Positions 1-12,450 of a stretch of 64,000 bases of DNA are shown here, piece after piece. Positions within the stretch are counted from its first letter, which is position 1. Each line of letters starts with the position of its first letter. The stretch comes from Psammoneis japonica (lineage: Eukaryota). Both the position numbers and the translations under genes were made by a program. The notes beneath the pieces are model-generated. The model did no database searches. It worked only from the letters and a program-made list of their open reading frames with translations, and was not told where the DNA came from. Location: assembly GCA_008632985.1 (NCBI GenBank), contig QPGO01000134.1:124001-188000 (forward strand), in the 5' to 3' direction.

Positions 1-1466
1 TTTGTGGCTCTGGGCATCTCACGGTTGCTGCCTTCTTGGTTACAGTTCTTGGTAAAGTCCAAAGTCGACAGGTAAGGGAGAAGTTTGCAAAGAATCTCAT
101 TTGCAATCGTTGAAGTTCGTTGCTTACCCCTGCCACGCTCACCTTCAACAACAACAAAAAAAGACTCATGAAGTACGCATCCATGACGGTGCGAGATGTT
201 CAATATGCAGTATTGAAACTTGGCCTTTCCCAGCAAGACATTCTGAACAGCTGCCCGAAAGCTCCCTCTGGAACCGAAGACGACCCTGCCGTGCGGCGGC
301 TGCAGGCCGTTCTTACCCATCCCATTGGCGACTATGCAGTGCAGCCCAAAGAAGCAACAATGGGCGCCCATGGAGTAACCATGCAGCATTACATTGATGG
401 TGGATCATACACAGTCGGGGCAACGCAGAACATTTCGGTCCGCCTCACGAGTGTTGTTCGATCGTTTGGCGGAGATGTGCTGGTGGATTCAACTGTCCGA
501 GGTATCATTGTCGAGAACGGACGTGCTGTGGGAGTGCGTGTCAGTAATACATCTGCACTTAGCGAATGTCACACGGATGAGGAGAGGGCCAGGGTCCCAG
601 TCACTGAGCTCCGTGCCAAGAACATAGTTTGCGGCACTTCCGTCTACAACCTGTACAACAAGTTTCTCCCCAAGGACCTGCCGGTCGTTCAGCGGTTCCA
701 GGACCCTACCCAGCGAAGCGTGCGGCAAAGCAATGGCCACGTTTTTCTTTTCTGCAAGATTAAAGGAGATCCAGACGAACTGCGGCTTCCTCATCACAAC
801 CTTTGGTACTTCAATGGGTACGACATGGACAAAGCTTTTGATGAATACTTTGCAAATCCAACAGATGTCCGGCCACCGACGGCGTACATTGGCTTTCCTT
901 GCACCAAGGACACAACTTGGAAGAAGCGATTTCATGGAGTTTCCAACTGCATCCTCATCTCGGATGGTCTGTATGAATGGTTTGAAAAGTGGGCTGACAA
1001 GCCTGTACGTCATCGTGGAGACGACTACATGGCGTTCAAGGAAAAGTTAACCAAGCACCTTCTCGATATCCTCTACGAGTTTGTTCCGCAAGTAAAAGGC
1101 AAGGTGGAGTTTCATCACTTAGGGACTCCCCTATCCGAAGTTACCTATCTTGCATCCTTTCGCGGTGGCTCCTACGGTACCAAGTGCACTCCGGAAATGT
1201 TCGCTCCCATCAACAGAAACTGGACGACTACACCCCACACAGAAATCCCAGGGCTTTACGTTGCCGGGTCTGACGCCTTTCTTCCTTCTGTGGTAGGGGC
1301 AATGTATGGCGGATGTCTGGGTGCATGCGCAGTCTTGGGGCATCTTGGATCCATCCGTTTGGGTCACGCTATCCTTGGCCACCTAGCAACGAACCTTCAG
1401 GAGGAGAACCCAAAGCTTTCGCGTATTCAAGCCTATCGCGAGGCGATCAATAAGTTTATGAGTTAG
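1..1466 (+). CDS. FAD-dependent oxidoreductase, all-trans-retinol saturase / phytoene desaturase-like family (5'-partial; intron 72-163)
   Basis: Reading frame open from base 1 (FVALGISRLLP...KVDR); GTAAG donor at 72 and AG acceptor at 163 rejoin in frame. C-terminal motifs typical of the family: GTPLS...GGSYG and TEIPGLYVAGSD...SVVGAMYGG. Confidence 0.8.
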
Positions 1467-1689
1467 ACGTTGCACAAGGACGCGTTTGAATCAGGAATGC
1501 TGCATATATATTTCTATTCCATTTCCATTATTTAGAGACATAAACAGTATCAGTATGTTGTACGTGCTCATACCTGTTCTATTCAGTAGGTTTGGTCATT
1601 GCTCTGCTGCTGGGATCATCGAAGAGGAGCACTCTCTACTAGAGCAAGCGTTTCCTGTGCATCGGAACGTTCACGCACCACGCCATCTT

Positions 1690-2799
1690 CTAATCTTCAG
1701 CTTCGTCAGTGCCTGTTGACGAAACGGAAGTTTGGTCGGTTACAGAATCGGATGAAGCTTTCTCGTTCTTTTCTGCCTTCTGTTTCTTGTTCTTGTACGC
1801 TTTTCTGTAAAAATGCGTAAACAAAATAACCATACTCGACATTTCCAAAAACTGAATAGTCCAGGCCGTGTAATGATTCCACTGCGCTTTGCCCACCAAC
1901 TTGTACATGCTCACGCCCGTGTAGGCAATGACGGACATGAACTGAGCCAGTTGCGCTTGTGTCAGGTATCGTTTCCAAGGACAAGATATTTTGAGCAAGC
2001 TCAAAGTATAGTATGAATACATTAGAACATGAATCAAGGAATTCAAAAGCGCTCCAAAGTAAGCATCTCCGCCAGGCCAGCACACCATGGCAGCCCACCA
2101 AGCCCACGCAATCGATGTGTGATGGTAAATGTGAAGAAACGAAACCTAACAATTCCAAAGCAGCATGGGAGAGGCATGGGTAAGTTAAGAGAAAGATCAC
2201 TTCACAGACGCTTCTGGTCCTTCCTTTCGCTTGATACGATTACTAGAACTTTCTCTTACCTGATCCATTCGCCCTCTCAGAATCATAAAGTAGGTATCAA
2301 AGAACTCCAAGTACTTATCACAATAGTGCACCCAAACGGTGTACGTCGCCCCCGATGTCACATTGTATAGGTCTCCCACAACTGGATGTCCCCGAAACAT
2401 GACGGCTTGCACAAATCGGTAAACCATCCATGCGTTCAACACAACTTGTCCCGCATTGTACAGGACCATAGTTTCCTTCAAAAGCACCTTTGTATCCACC
2501 TGATCGCGAAGAAATTTGTCTGAAAACAGCTTCAACAGTGGTAAACTGATCAGATATCCCGCTGTAAAGAACAGAGGAACCTTGTAAGAATGCATGTCCG
2601 TGCCAACACCGGGACTTTGGGATTCATCCGCTACAAAAGTTTGTTTGAAAAATACGGCAAAGCACGCCACCAGCATGGAAGCGCACATATACCGTGCCAA
2701 CATGGAGGGAGGCTTCAAAACTGTATCGACTGGTGGTGGAACATCTGATCCCTCGGCCTTTGTATTAGACAACGCTGGTGCTGCTGTTACTCCGCACAT
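1690..2799 (-). CDS. Delta-5 (C20) polyunsaturated fatty acid elongase, ELO/GNS1 family (intron 2146-2259)
   Basis: Motifs KYLEFFDTYFMILRG, spliced QVSFLHIYHH, NSLIHVLMYSYY and TQAQLAQF. The MHSYKVP and VWVHYCDKY segments match diatom delta-5 elongases as I recall them. ATG at 2799. Confidence 0.92.
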
Positions 2800-3752
2800 G
2801 GTGCTTCTCATTGAAAATGGCAATGACAAGGAGCGGATTTACGGGAATGCGATGGCCGCAATGCGTGGCCTTTTTCGAAGGTTGCGAGAAAAAAAAGTGG
2901 CCACATCGTCGTCGAACTTCATCGGCGGGAAAGATACGATCGTGCTCAATTTTGAAATTCCGTATCTTGTTATGAGTTGTAGGATGAAACATGTATTTGT
3001 ACCATAAAATGTGAAGAGCAAATGGAATAAGGAATTTAGTTGATGTGCACTGATTGTTATGTTGTCCGCACCATAAATGACGTCGCTGCTGCTTACGCAT
3101 GATGGCAGCCGGCGATACGTCATCTATTCCGGGTTGGCAACCGACCATTCCTAGTACTGTAGTTCACAAATTCCAGCAAGCGACTAGACTACATCGGAAA
3201 TTCGATAAATCGGTTGTGATAGGCAATCTATGTATAGCTACTCTCTCAAGTAATAGAGAGTCTATTCCTGTTCGTCGGGAAATGCTTCGGAAAAACGAAA
3301 GACCAGTAAAAGGCTGTTTTTCTAGATGGTGTTCGTTTGATCGAGGTGCTTTCATTGCTTGCGCAACAACACTTGGTCCTTCGCTTCGATTGTATTGTAC
3401 TCTTCTTCTCCCCACTAGTTTACAAGCATGTAGCAAATCAACAGTCCTTCCTAAGCGTGCTATTATTATTGATGGTAATATCTTGGTCCTTTGCTTCGCG
3501 TGCAGCACAGTTTTCTATTCCCTTCAAGTTGAAAGAAGATCTCAACTAACTCATCTCGACTGTACAAAACTTCTATCCTTCTTAAAATGCTTCTCTAACT
3601 TAAGGGTAGAATATGCATACTGCACTGGAAACGCAAAATACCCGTGAATCGGTAGTCTGCAACGTCTTTGTGAATGAAATCCAAGGACCGAACTAGCCAG
3701 AAGCTGACTTTTTCACGTGCGTCCCCTGTTAAACAACTGCTCTGACATATCC

Positions 3753-4103
3753 TTAATATCGACAGTCGCTCGAGCGTATAGGATCGCAAATCTGACAAAA
3801 CTCGTCCATGCAGCACGTGTGATGCCTCCACACCCACTTGTTCTTTTCACACCCAGGAACGTTGCACTTGATGCCGCTAGTCTCAGAACGGCATGCAATG
3901 ATATGGTTGAGGAACCGCTTCTGTGCGAGACAGCGACGGCTCTTGACGCAAACTTGACCCGGGTGGCAGGTGCATCGCGACGCGTGATGTAGGTATTGAA
4001 GACGTCGCCGGTGTCGGCGAAGGTCCTCTTCTAAAGTCAGACTGTTCAGACTGCTCCCGCTGGAAGATATTTCGGTGCAATAAGTCTCAACGGCAGAAGT
4101 CAT
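3753..4103 (-). CDS. Small TAZ zinc-finger protein
   Basis: Three HCCC-type modules in 116 aa (LHHASRC..C...C, LNHIIAC...C.VPGC, WRHHTCC.DEFCQICDPIR), the ligand spacing of CBP/p300 TAZ domains. Confidence 0.7.
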   Translation of the reverse strand: MTSAVETYCTEISSSGSSLNSLTLEEDLRRHRRRLQYLHHASRCTCHPGQVCVKSRRCLAQKRFLNHIIACRSETSGIKCNVPGCEKNKWVWRHHTCCMDEFCQICDPIRSSDCRY

Positions 4104-4743
4104 TGGAATCTTCTATTGCTGTACCGTATTGTCGAGATGGTTCTCGGAAATGCGTTTTGTTATACTACTTGTAGCGGCATTGTATTGCTCATGCGTTGCT
4201 TGGCCTCTCAATCTTGATCTTGCGGAAGAATTTGGCGGGAAGCTTTTTTAAAAATTAATGATTGCCTCAATCTATGGATAAGTAATACGTAAACAAAATT
4301 TTACGTGAACAATTATTTAGGGGATTCGGAGGCCACAAAACGGACGGAGTATCGACTTTCTTGTGGTTCATATATTCTAATATTACTTATTTGCTTGAGA
4401 TTTTTAATTGGGAAGGTTTATACATACTCGGATATCTATTATCTGGTGGAAATTGGATTGAAACTTCGAGAAATCCTTTTTGTTTCCCTCACACTTTTCG
4501 ATCGAGTTTTTTTTTTCCGTGTCAACAGTAATCGTCCTATCATAGGACTCGGTTTGTTTAAAGGATGTATGTGTTACATTCTTTTCAGCGACTCACAGCG
4601 GAGCAATCCGTTGGAGCATTTTTTTGCGTGGGCAGCAGCGTGCATGCAGCAGCGTGTGCAGCAGCGAGAGCAACAGTTCACCGGGTACCAGTTCGAACGA
4701 AACGATTCCAATATTACAATTTACAATCGTCTTACAATTCAGC

Positions 4744-7385
4744 ATGTCTACTGGGAAGCAAAAGATGAAACGTGGTGATGGTGGCCTTTCGAGAGGAAGT
4801 GCATACGAGAGATACAAGAAAACAACTCGAGCCTTTCGAGATGGACTGAAAAAACTAGTACCCTCGAACATGAGTTTGGTCACTGTTTCAGACCTTGCGA
4901 AAGCAGCAGAGCATGTGTGGGGCTTGTCCAAGGAACGAAATCGATCGAAGAACAAAACGAAGCAGTTAAAACTCCTACCATCACTCCTTGATAATCTTAA
5001 AGAGACGATCGAGCTACGTGAATTGGTTGGTGCTACATACGCTGAAGACATGGATGACGGCCATCGTTACATGATTGAAATTCTCGAATACTGCCGCCAA
5101 TTGCTCCGTATCTCCGAAGATAATCTTGACGAGGAGAATTCTGATGGAAATGGAAATGATTCGGATTCGAAGCACAATGGCGGCAGTCGTTACGGTATCC
5201 TTGGAGGTGAAGACGACAGTGATACCGAACAAGAGTCCGTCGGTGGAGACGACGATGAATCTCACATTCGCCGCCCAACACCATCAAAAGATAAAGATTA
5301 CTCCATCGAGAAAGACCTTGTCATTGGCAGTTTGGCATTTCAAGCCAACTTATTCTTCCTTACGGTGGAAAACTTGTTTTCGATTGTAGCCGACGCATAC
5401 GAAACTCTCAAACGAAAAATGGACGAGTCTGAGAAAGAGAATCACCAGACGATGGTATACCTCTTGCAAGCAACCGCAACAGTGAATCTTGTCCTCAAGA
5501 ATGTGCGTTACCTCGAAAAATCATTCTTTGTGGAGTCGGAACATTTGGAAACTATAAATGAGCTGCTTGCCGTGATGTTTTTCCAGGATACAGTCAAAGA
5601 TATTGAGAGGATTGTAGGGGTTGACAGCGCAGAGAAGAGAAGAATGTGCCTCCAAATTGCCGGTAGCTGTGTGGAAATGGGCTTATATGGCCACATAAGT
5701 GATTCTGATTGGAATGAGGGTTTCGAATCCATCGTTGCAACACGGTTCCCAAAACACGGGAGGATGGCAAATCATCACTCTCCAGGGATCAGCTTGATCA
5801 GCTCAAAGAGATCGGTTTCCATATCTGTGTTGCAACTGATTTGGAAGAATATCTTGCTGAGGTTGAGAACAATAACTGGCATTGGTTCAAGGGATATGAG
5901 AAATTGGGTGGCCAGTCGGGTATCATGTATACACTATCTCGATTGGTTAAGTTCATGCTGGCATTGCGGAAGGGGGAGATCGAAGCAAGCAGCTACGATC
6001 ACTGGGGTCCAGCTCTCCCAACGACTAGGCATATTATGGACACAATCTTCCGTAACAGCATTCTCCCATGCTTGTGTGATCTTCCCGGAAGTGCTTTGAC
6101 TACGCTTTACTGCAGAGATACTGCGCCTTGCATTTGCGAGCTTCTTGAATTTCTGGTCAGTCCAATGCACCCCTGTGCGTTTTCCACCGTTTTTGCCATT
6201 CATTCGCTTCTGTACGGTATCTGCGTCCTTCAAGGCGACAGCAGGTCGAAACGACTCGCGGTAATATCGAAGCTTGCAGCATCGAAGTTCCATGAGCAAG
6301 TTGAGGGGGCTGCGAGTTCAGATTTCGGGTCGTTTGTAGAGAATGTGGCTTATGCCAATCCCCGTATGCATGGTTGCCTGAAAGAAGCTCTTGATGAGAA
6401 TAGTGCTTTGCACGGCTGTCAGACTCATTCGGGATCGAGCTTAATGGGCTTGTGGAATCCTTTGTTTGCTGGAAGTTTCCTGTTGAAGACAACATTTTCC
6501 TTGAACATGTCTATGTACTGTTGGAAGGATGCTTGCGGGCAGACTACTGTCGTACTCCATTTATATAATGCTTTGCGTCAAAGAAGCCTTATTGAATCCA
6601 TTGAGTTTCTTGAACTTCTCGACAGAGTCATGGGAAGGAAGGCTTGGCCCAATGGAAAGCCGAAACGGGACGAGCTTTTGAAAAGTTTCGGTAGAGCAAC
6701 CGGAGAAATGCGGCAGGTTGTGAAGGGCTTTATTGACTATATCAAAGATGATAATGATGTGGCTTCATTTGTCGATATTGGAAAACGTTGCTTGGGCGAG
6801 GATTTGCCAGCAGCGCACCTTGTAGCTGCTGCTCATCTCCACAAAATATTGCAGCTGCGAATTACTCTTGGTTTTCCTCCATTGCGAAAAAAAGTGAGCA
6901 ACTGTGACCATCTTAAAGTAAGCTCCGCCTGCAGGTGTATTTTCGAGAGTGATTTTGGTGGCATTGAGAGATGCGATAACGATCCGAAAGCAGCACTTGG
7001 AGAGACCTGCGACCGTCAAGCCTTGTATCTGCAGGAAAGGATTGACGAGGACCACGAACTTTTGTCATTGAATTGGTTTCAAGTTGGTCACCTTCTTGAA
7101 AATTTTGTCGAGAAGCTGTTTGATGATTGCTTGGAAATCTCCACGTTGAGGGAAGACCTCTTCCAAGTCTGGTTTGGCAAGGGTCTTCGCAAGAAGAAGA
7201 GCAGCACGATCGACAATACTAGGGACCTCCATAGTTTTGGCAACCTCTTCCTTATGGTTATGGTCTTTTCCGAACTACAATTTCAAGACAATGAGAACCA
7301 ATGCGTCGCCAGTAAGAAGGTATCGGAATTTATGACTGAATACTTTACTACAGTAGCAACGCGACAGACAGCGACCTTCTTTTGA
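4744..7385 (+). CDS. Large hypothetical protein with DUF6604-like N-terminus; one frameshift near 5745
   Basis: ORFs 4624-6099 and 5841-7385 overlap and join by one frameshift. YERYKKTT..F..GL, L.E.I.LR and DDGHRYMIEILEYC resemble DUF6604. Confidence 0.6.
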
Positions 7386-7557
7386 GGTACTGCGTATACG
7401 GTACGTCAAACGGATGCTCGATCGGTATGTGTGAAACTATAACGATAACTATAGAGTTTTGTTATCACTTATGCTGTAAATTTCCTCACAAAAGATTCGT
7501 TCTACAGCATTGGGAGTCGTTCACGCCGGTAATAAGAACGTTGAGATCATCTCAAAC

Positions 7558-8442
7558 TCAAATGCCACCGGCATGTGTTGGTTCCTTTCCAAACCAACCT
7601 CGGCCAATAAAAGAAAAGATGACGAGCCAAATTTCGGATGGAAACACTCTACCATGTACCCCTGCAGAATGCCACAGCAGGTTGATGGCATGTCGATCGC
7701 TAGTTGGAAACGACCAATGGATCTTCTTATTCCAGCTCTTTACATTTGCCATGGACGGATACAGCTCTTGAAGCACGGGCAACAAGTCTCTCTTGTAATT
7801 TATTATGGCCATGGCTCTATCACTCATTGTTGGTTTGTTGACTCCTGCTGCAGTCGTGAGCATACGTATACTCTTGACATCTTTTTTGAAAAAGGCACGT
7901 CGAAGAGCACGTGAAAAGCCGTCATTTCTAAAGAGGATGGAAACTTGTTGTGGTCGTCGTTCCAACAGCATTTCCAGTGCATCGTGCTTGCCGTTACGCA
8001 CACTAGCTACGACAGCATTTCCATGTCTACCATGGCTGTCTAGGGAACATCCAAGTTCCAAAAGGTATTCGGCAAGTCCGAGATAGCCATGATAGCATGC
8101 AAGCGCTAGAGCCGAATTGCCATTGTACAAGTCATTTGGATCGAGACCTCGTTCGACGACGACGCGAGCATATTCCAACAATAAGTGCTCTTGATCTCTA
8201 TAAGCAGTCACAGCTGATATTGCCATGGCGACAAACGAAGTTCTTGTAGAATCCTTGAGCTGAGAAATGTCGAGTTGTGACGCATTCCTCATGGTGTCAA
8301 TGCACTTTTTCAGTCGACAATGGTTCATATTGAGATAAAGACGTCTCCAAGTAGCAGTCAGATTAGACACATGAAGCCGTTCTTGTCGTTTTCCTGCATT
8401 GGATCGTCTGGAGCGACGCGGAGCTATTCCTGAGGTGCTCAT
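7558..8442 (-). CDS. Ankyrin-repeat protein
   Basis: Ankyrin motifs GNSALALACYHGYLGLAEYLLELGCS and GNAVVASVRNGKHDALEMLLE. First ATG at 8442. Confidence 0.8.
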   Translation of the reverse strand: MSTSGIAPRRSRRSNAGKRQERLHVSNLTATWRRLYLNMNHCRLKKCIDTMRNASQLDISQLKDSTRTSFVAMAISAVTAYRDQEHLLLEYARVVVERGLDPNDLYNGNSALALACYHGYLGLAEYLLELGCSLDSHGRHGNAVVASVRNGKHDALEMLLERRPQQVSILFRNDGFSRALRRAFFKKDVKSIRMLTTAAGVNKPTMSDRAMAIINYKRDLLPVLQELYPSMANVKSWNKKIHWSFPTSDRHAINLLWHSAGVHGRVFPSEIWLVIFSFIGRGWFGKEPTHAGGI

Positions 8443-8715
8443 TGTGGCGGCGCGGCCTTTGCCTTGGCCCCCCACGAAGAGACTGATTTAACAGCTCAAG
8501 TGCGACTAAGAACAAAGAATAAATCCTCCAAAAAACACTCCGTCAAAGATTCAAAATAACAAAGGAACAAAAGCAATCCTTCATCACAGCTTTTCTTCTC
8601 TCTTTGTCATCTTAGGTCATCCCGCACTCTGAGCCTGTCAGGGGCGGGCGGTGTGCGTGCAGGACAGCCAGACGGGCTTTGCTTAGCTGTGGGTCGGTGA
8701 ATGAAAGCGGGTGGC

Positions 8716-11700
8716 GGGCATCGACGAAAGCCCCCTACCGATGGAAGATGGACCAATCAGAACGCTTCATTCTAAGAATACACGTTGCAATACTTAGGGC
8801 TTTCTGAAAGAATACACATCATCATTACTTAACGATCAATGCAACACAGACACAGCCACCTCGGTTCATCCATCTCAGACGGATGCGCCACAGTCTGAGC
8901 ACTGGCGCTCTGACAAAGACACCACACACAAAATTCAAACTCCTCCCGTCTTTTTTCATCTCACTCATCATCAGCACCGACCTGTACAAGAGAGTTCTGA
9001 GAGAAGGAATTGCAGCAGAATGGAGAAGTGTTTCTCCCATAAGCTTCCCAGCACCATGGGTGTTCAGTCTCAGACTCGAAAGGCAGCCACGAAAAAAGCA
9101 AAGGAGAGCGAGCTTTTTCTGGAATCGCCAAGTTGTCGGGGAAAAACATGCCTCGGTTTACAACATCACCGGCGGCGGAGGCAGAATCACAAATTCTGAC
9201 TCTACCAAACAGTCACACTACTCAAGAAAAAGTTGTTGAGTGCAAAAGGTGCAAACAAGGGCCCTCCTGCAAAAAGGGTCATGACACGAGCTGCCCAAAA
9301 TCCATCTGCCATGGAAAGAATGTGAGTGCCGAGCGAAACGCGGCTATCCATCGCTTCATTGCTAGTAACGCAAGAAAGAACGCAAAAAAGCTACCAGGTT
9401 GTCAGGCCCCAACTAAGGAAGGTGTGGAGGCACTGCTCCACAATGGCACCAGGGCTTCAAAAAACAACAAGCCATCTGCAACGACCGTCTCGTCGCCGAC
9501 TGCTGCTGCCAACGCCACTGCCAACGCTACTGCTGCTACCATCAGCACCGTCACGTCGAACAGCATGGAGCATTCTGGCAACATTGTTGAAGAAGATCCT
9601 CTCTCTAGAGAGGTGCTCAAGAGAGAGATTCGGAAACGAATTGAAACATGTAAAAAAAAGAAGATTCCTTGTCCTGCACCCATTCAGGCTTTGATTTTGT
9701 ACCTTCTGGACTTGTGTCCATCTCGGTTTCATGCGGACTCGAATGAGATCATGGGCGGAGAGGTGAATGCCAAGAAACTAAATGGTGTCAGAAGAATTTT
9801 CCTTCCGGTGCCATGTCATTTACAGTGCCACGTGATGACACAACCAAAACTCCCGACAACCTCTACAGTGAGATTGAAGGCGTTACAATCCATTTGCTCC
9901 GCTGGGAATTGAACTTCATTGGCATGTTTTTGCCATGTGTCGATGGATGTGATGACGGCGAGATGACACATCAGCAGTTTGACATCAAGAAGGAGTGTTC
10001 ACCGACTCCAGTGTTGAAAGTTAGTGGCACCACTGATTGGACAAGCTCAATGCTCTACAAGTGCAACAAATGTGGCTGTGAATGCAAGGCGAACGATCCC
10101 AAGCTAATTAAGAAGCTGCCGAGGCCTCTACAAACAAGCTGTCCCATGGATCTACGACATGCAGCCGCGAATCTGTCTTTCACCTGTCGCTCGAAACGTC
10201 ACAACATGTGGACCATGCTGTGAAGAAGTGCAGCAATGGTGATGATGTGTCTGCTTTTCTTCATCAACAAAGAGGCGAGACTTTTGTTGATAAGAGGAGG
10301 GTTGCTGTTCTTTGTTAAAAGATGCTGGCGGAGGGAATGCGACGGGTTTGTCGGTGTTCAAGGATTGGGTCGGTCGCTGTGGACCCACTGGACAAAATGC
10401 AAGAGACATGTGTGATTTTGTCCGGCAATCAAACCTTGCCGAGACCGGAACAAGCGACAACATTCGGCACACGAGGGAAATGCAATCCGTTGGTTGTCGC
10501 ATCAGTGTTGCGTCCGACCACACTTTTGACCAAATGAAGAATTACAAAGACAACAACGGCAAGGGACTCTTCACCATGGCCACAGAGACTGGAGAGATTG
10601 GTGCAGCTGTGGCAGTGCCAACATTGGAAACAAAAGACTGTGCGCATGCAGCTGAACAGTTTGCGAGGCGTCCAAATGTCAAACCTCAAGTGCATTGCTC
10701 TGATGCTTGGCCCAACAAGGAAGAGTTTTGGAAGCAAATTTTTGGTCAGGACATTGCATGCAGGCTTGGTCTTTGGCACTGGACAAACCGCATCATTCGG
10801 ACTTTACGAGGCACTCACATTGATTGCTGTCGTGCGGTTCGTGATTTAAAGGATTGCGTCCGGCACAACGATGAATCCGACGAGGCAAAGGCAGTTGATG
10901 CTCTTGTCTTTGGGAAACTTGGCGGGAAGAAGAACACGACGGAAGAAATTGAGGAAATCAAGAACAGCAAGAAGTGGAGCAACTACAAGAAGTACATTCG
11001 AAGGTGGGCTTGCCCACTCGAAACACAGAACAAGCATCTGGAATCTTGGTTCGATCGGCATGAGTGCTCTGCATCTCCCAGCGCAGCAGAAGCTGGCGGA
11101 CGGTGTGACCCAGACTCTGGGAAGCCGCTTTTTACGGAAGATGCAAAGCCAGCGGTTGAAAACGCAAAATTGTCGGCTCGTGGACTCAATGAGCCGCTGC
11201 CACGTGAAGACTCACACAGAGTTGTCAAGCCTTCAAAATGGTCCAAGTGCAAGCTCGACACGTTTGTGACAACCACTGGCACGGAATCAAAGCTTGAAAA
11301 GTGTCACCATGTCGTCAAGCATTTTGGAAACACTGGTTCAAGATCCTCTCTGACAGATGCACTGTGCCTTGCAGGAACGTGTGAATGCAACATGTCAATG
11401 TGAGAGCGTGTCCGAACAGACGAACTGATGGCTGACGAGCGCGCCAAGATTCCGCACGCCTTTGAGGCGTTCCTGCTTTTCTCAACCACAGCAAGCTCGA
11501 CTGCATCAACAAGCTGGCAGAGAAAGCAGGAGCACCCCATCCTGTGCATGGGAATGTCGAAGAACTAAAAGAAGACAATGGTGAGCGGCATTTTTCAGCT
11601 TGCCCGGAGCAATTGGAACGCGTGAGAGAGCAGCTCGAAATGAGAAGTGCTGCAACCGGCGCAGCAGCAGCAGCATCCGGAAAAAAATCTGACAGATGCA

Positions 11701-12440
11701 TGTGCAACAAGTGTGGCACAAGAAACCCACATTCAACCCGTTCTAACCCAATGGCAAGTGTGGAGAATCCACACAAAAGAAAATCCATGTCTCAACAACC
11801 GCCGCCGTCTGAGGAGCCGCGCGCGAAAAAAGTGAAACCTTTGAATTTGCAAGAGGTCGTTCCACCAAGACAGCTGCCACCAGCGCCGATTGCACCATGC
11901 CCCGTTCCATGTTCTGTTCCATGTTGCACTCCGATTCAAGTTGATCCCTTTTGGAACAGTGTGCCAACAGTTTTGCCGCTGTTGCAGATGCCGCCGAATC
12001 TGCAGTCGGATCTGAACCAAAAATGCTGCTGTTGCCGAGCGAGGGAATTCCATCTTTCAAAAACAAACTTGTTGGGGGTGGCTGCTCGAGGAAGAGCACC
12101 ACACGATGAACAGTGTTCATCAAAGCAGTCTCTGAATGTAGATTCATTGCTTGCCTTTTGATTCTAGCCCATGGCTGCATCTCGAATTGGCGCCGAGACA
12201 GAAGATGGGAAATGGGGGGCGGTGGCGCCCAAATAAAATCAACCGTGGAAATTTTTTATGCGCGATGGGCTTGTGATCTGCATCTTCAACGCCACGAAAA
12301 TGCGACAACACAGTGCACCTTGCACTCACTTCCGCCATTGCTGCGTTCTTCTCCTCTCTTCCTTCCTTCTCTCTTGTTGTTGCAGCAGCAACGGGGTCGC
12401 TTCGCTCCCCCTCTCCCCCCCTCTTCTTCCGTCGGCACCC
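8716..12440 (+). mobile_element. DNA transposon copy 1 (DUF6729-associated, MULE/IS256-like DDE transposase), decayed
   Basis: About 3.73-kb unit repeated at 12451-16176. Imperfect terminal inverted repeats GGGCATCGACGAAAG ... CTTCCGTCGGCACCC. Contains a broken transposase. Confidence 0.8.
9020..12161 (+). pseudogene. Transposase pseudogene, copy 1 (about 1040 codons when repaired)
   Basis: Fragments 9133-9912, 9813-10223, 10312-11403 and 11544-12161. Motif order SDHTF..TETGEI..(Y)SD..RLGLWHWTNRI..GTESKLEK(Y)H. Frameshifts and a TGA at 11401 where copy 2 has CAA. Confidence 0.75.
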
Positions 12441-12450
12441 CCCCATTTTC

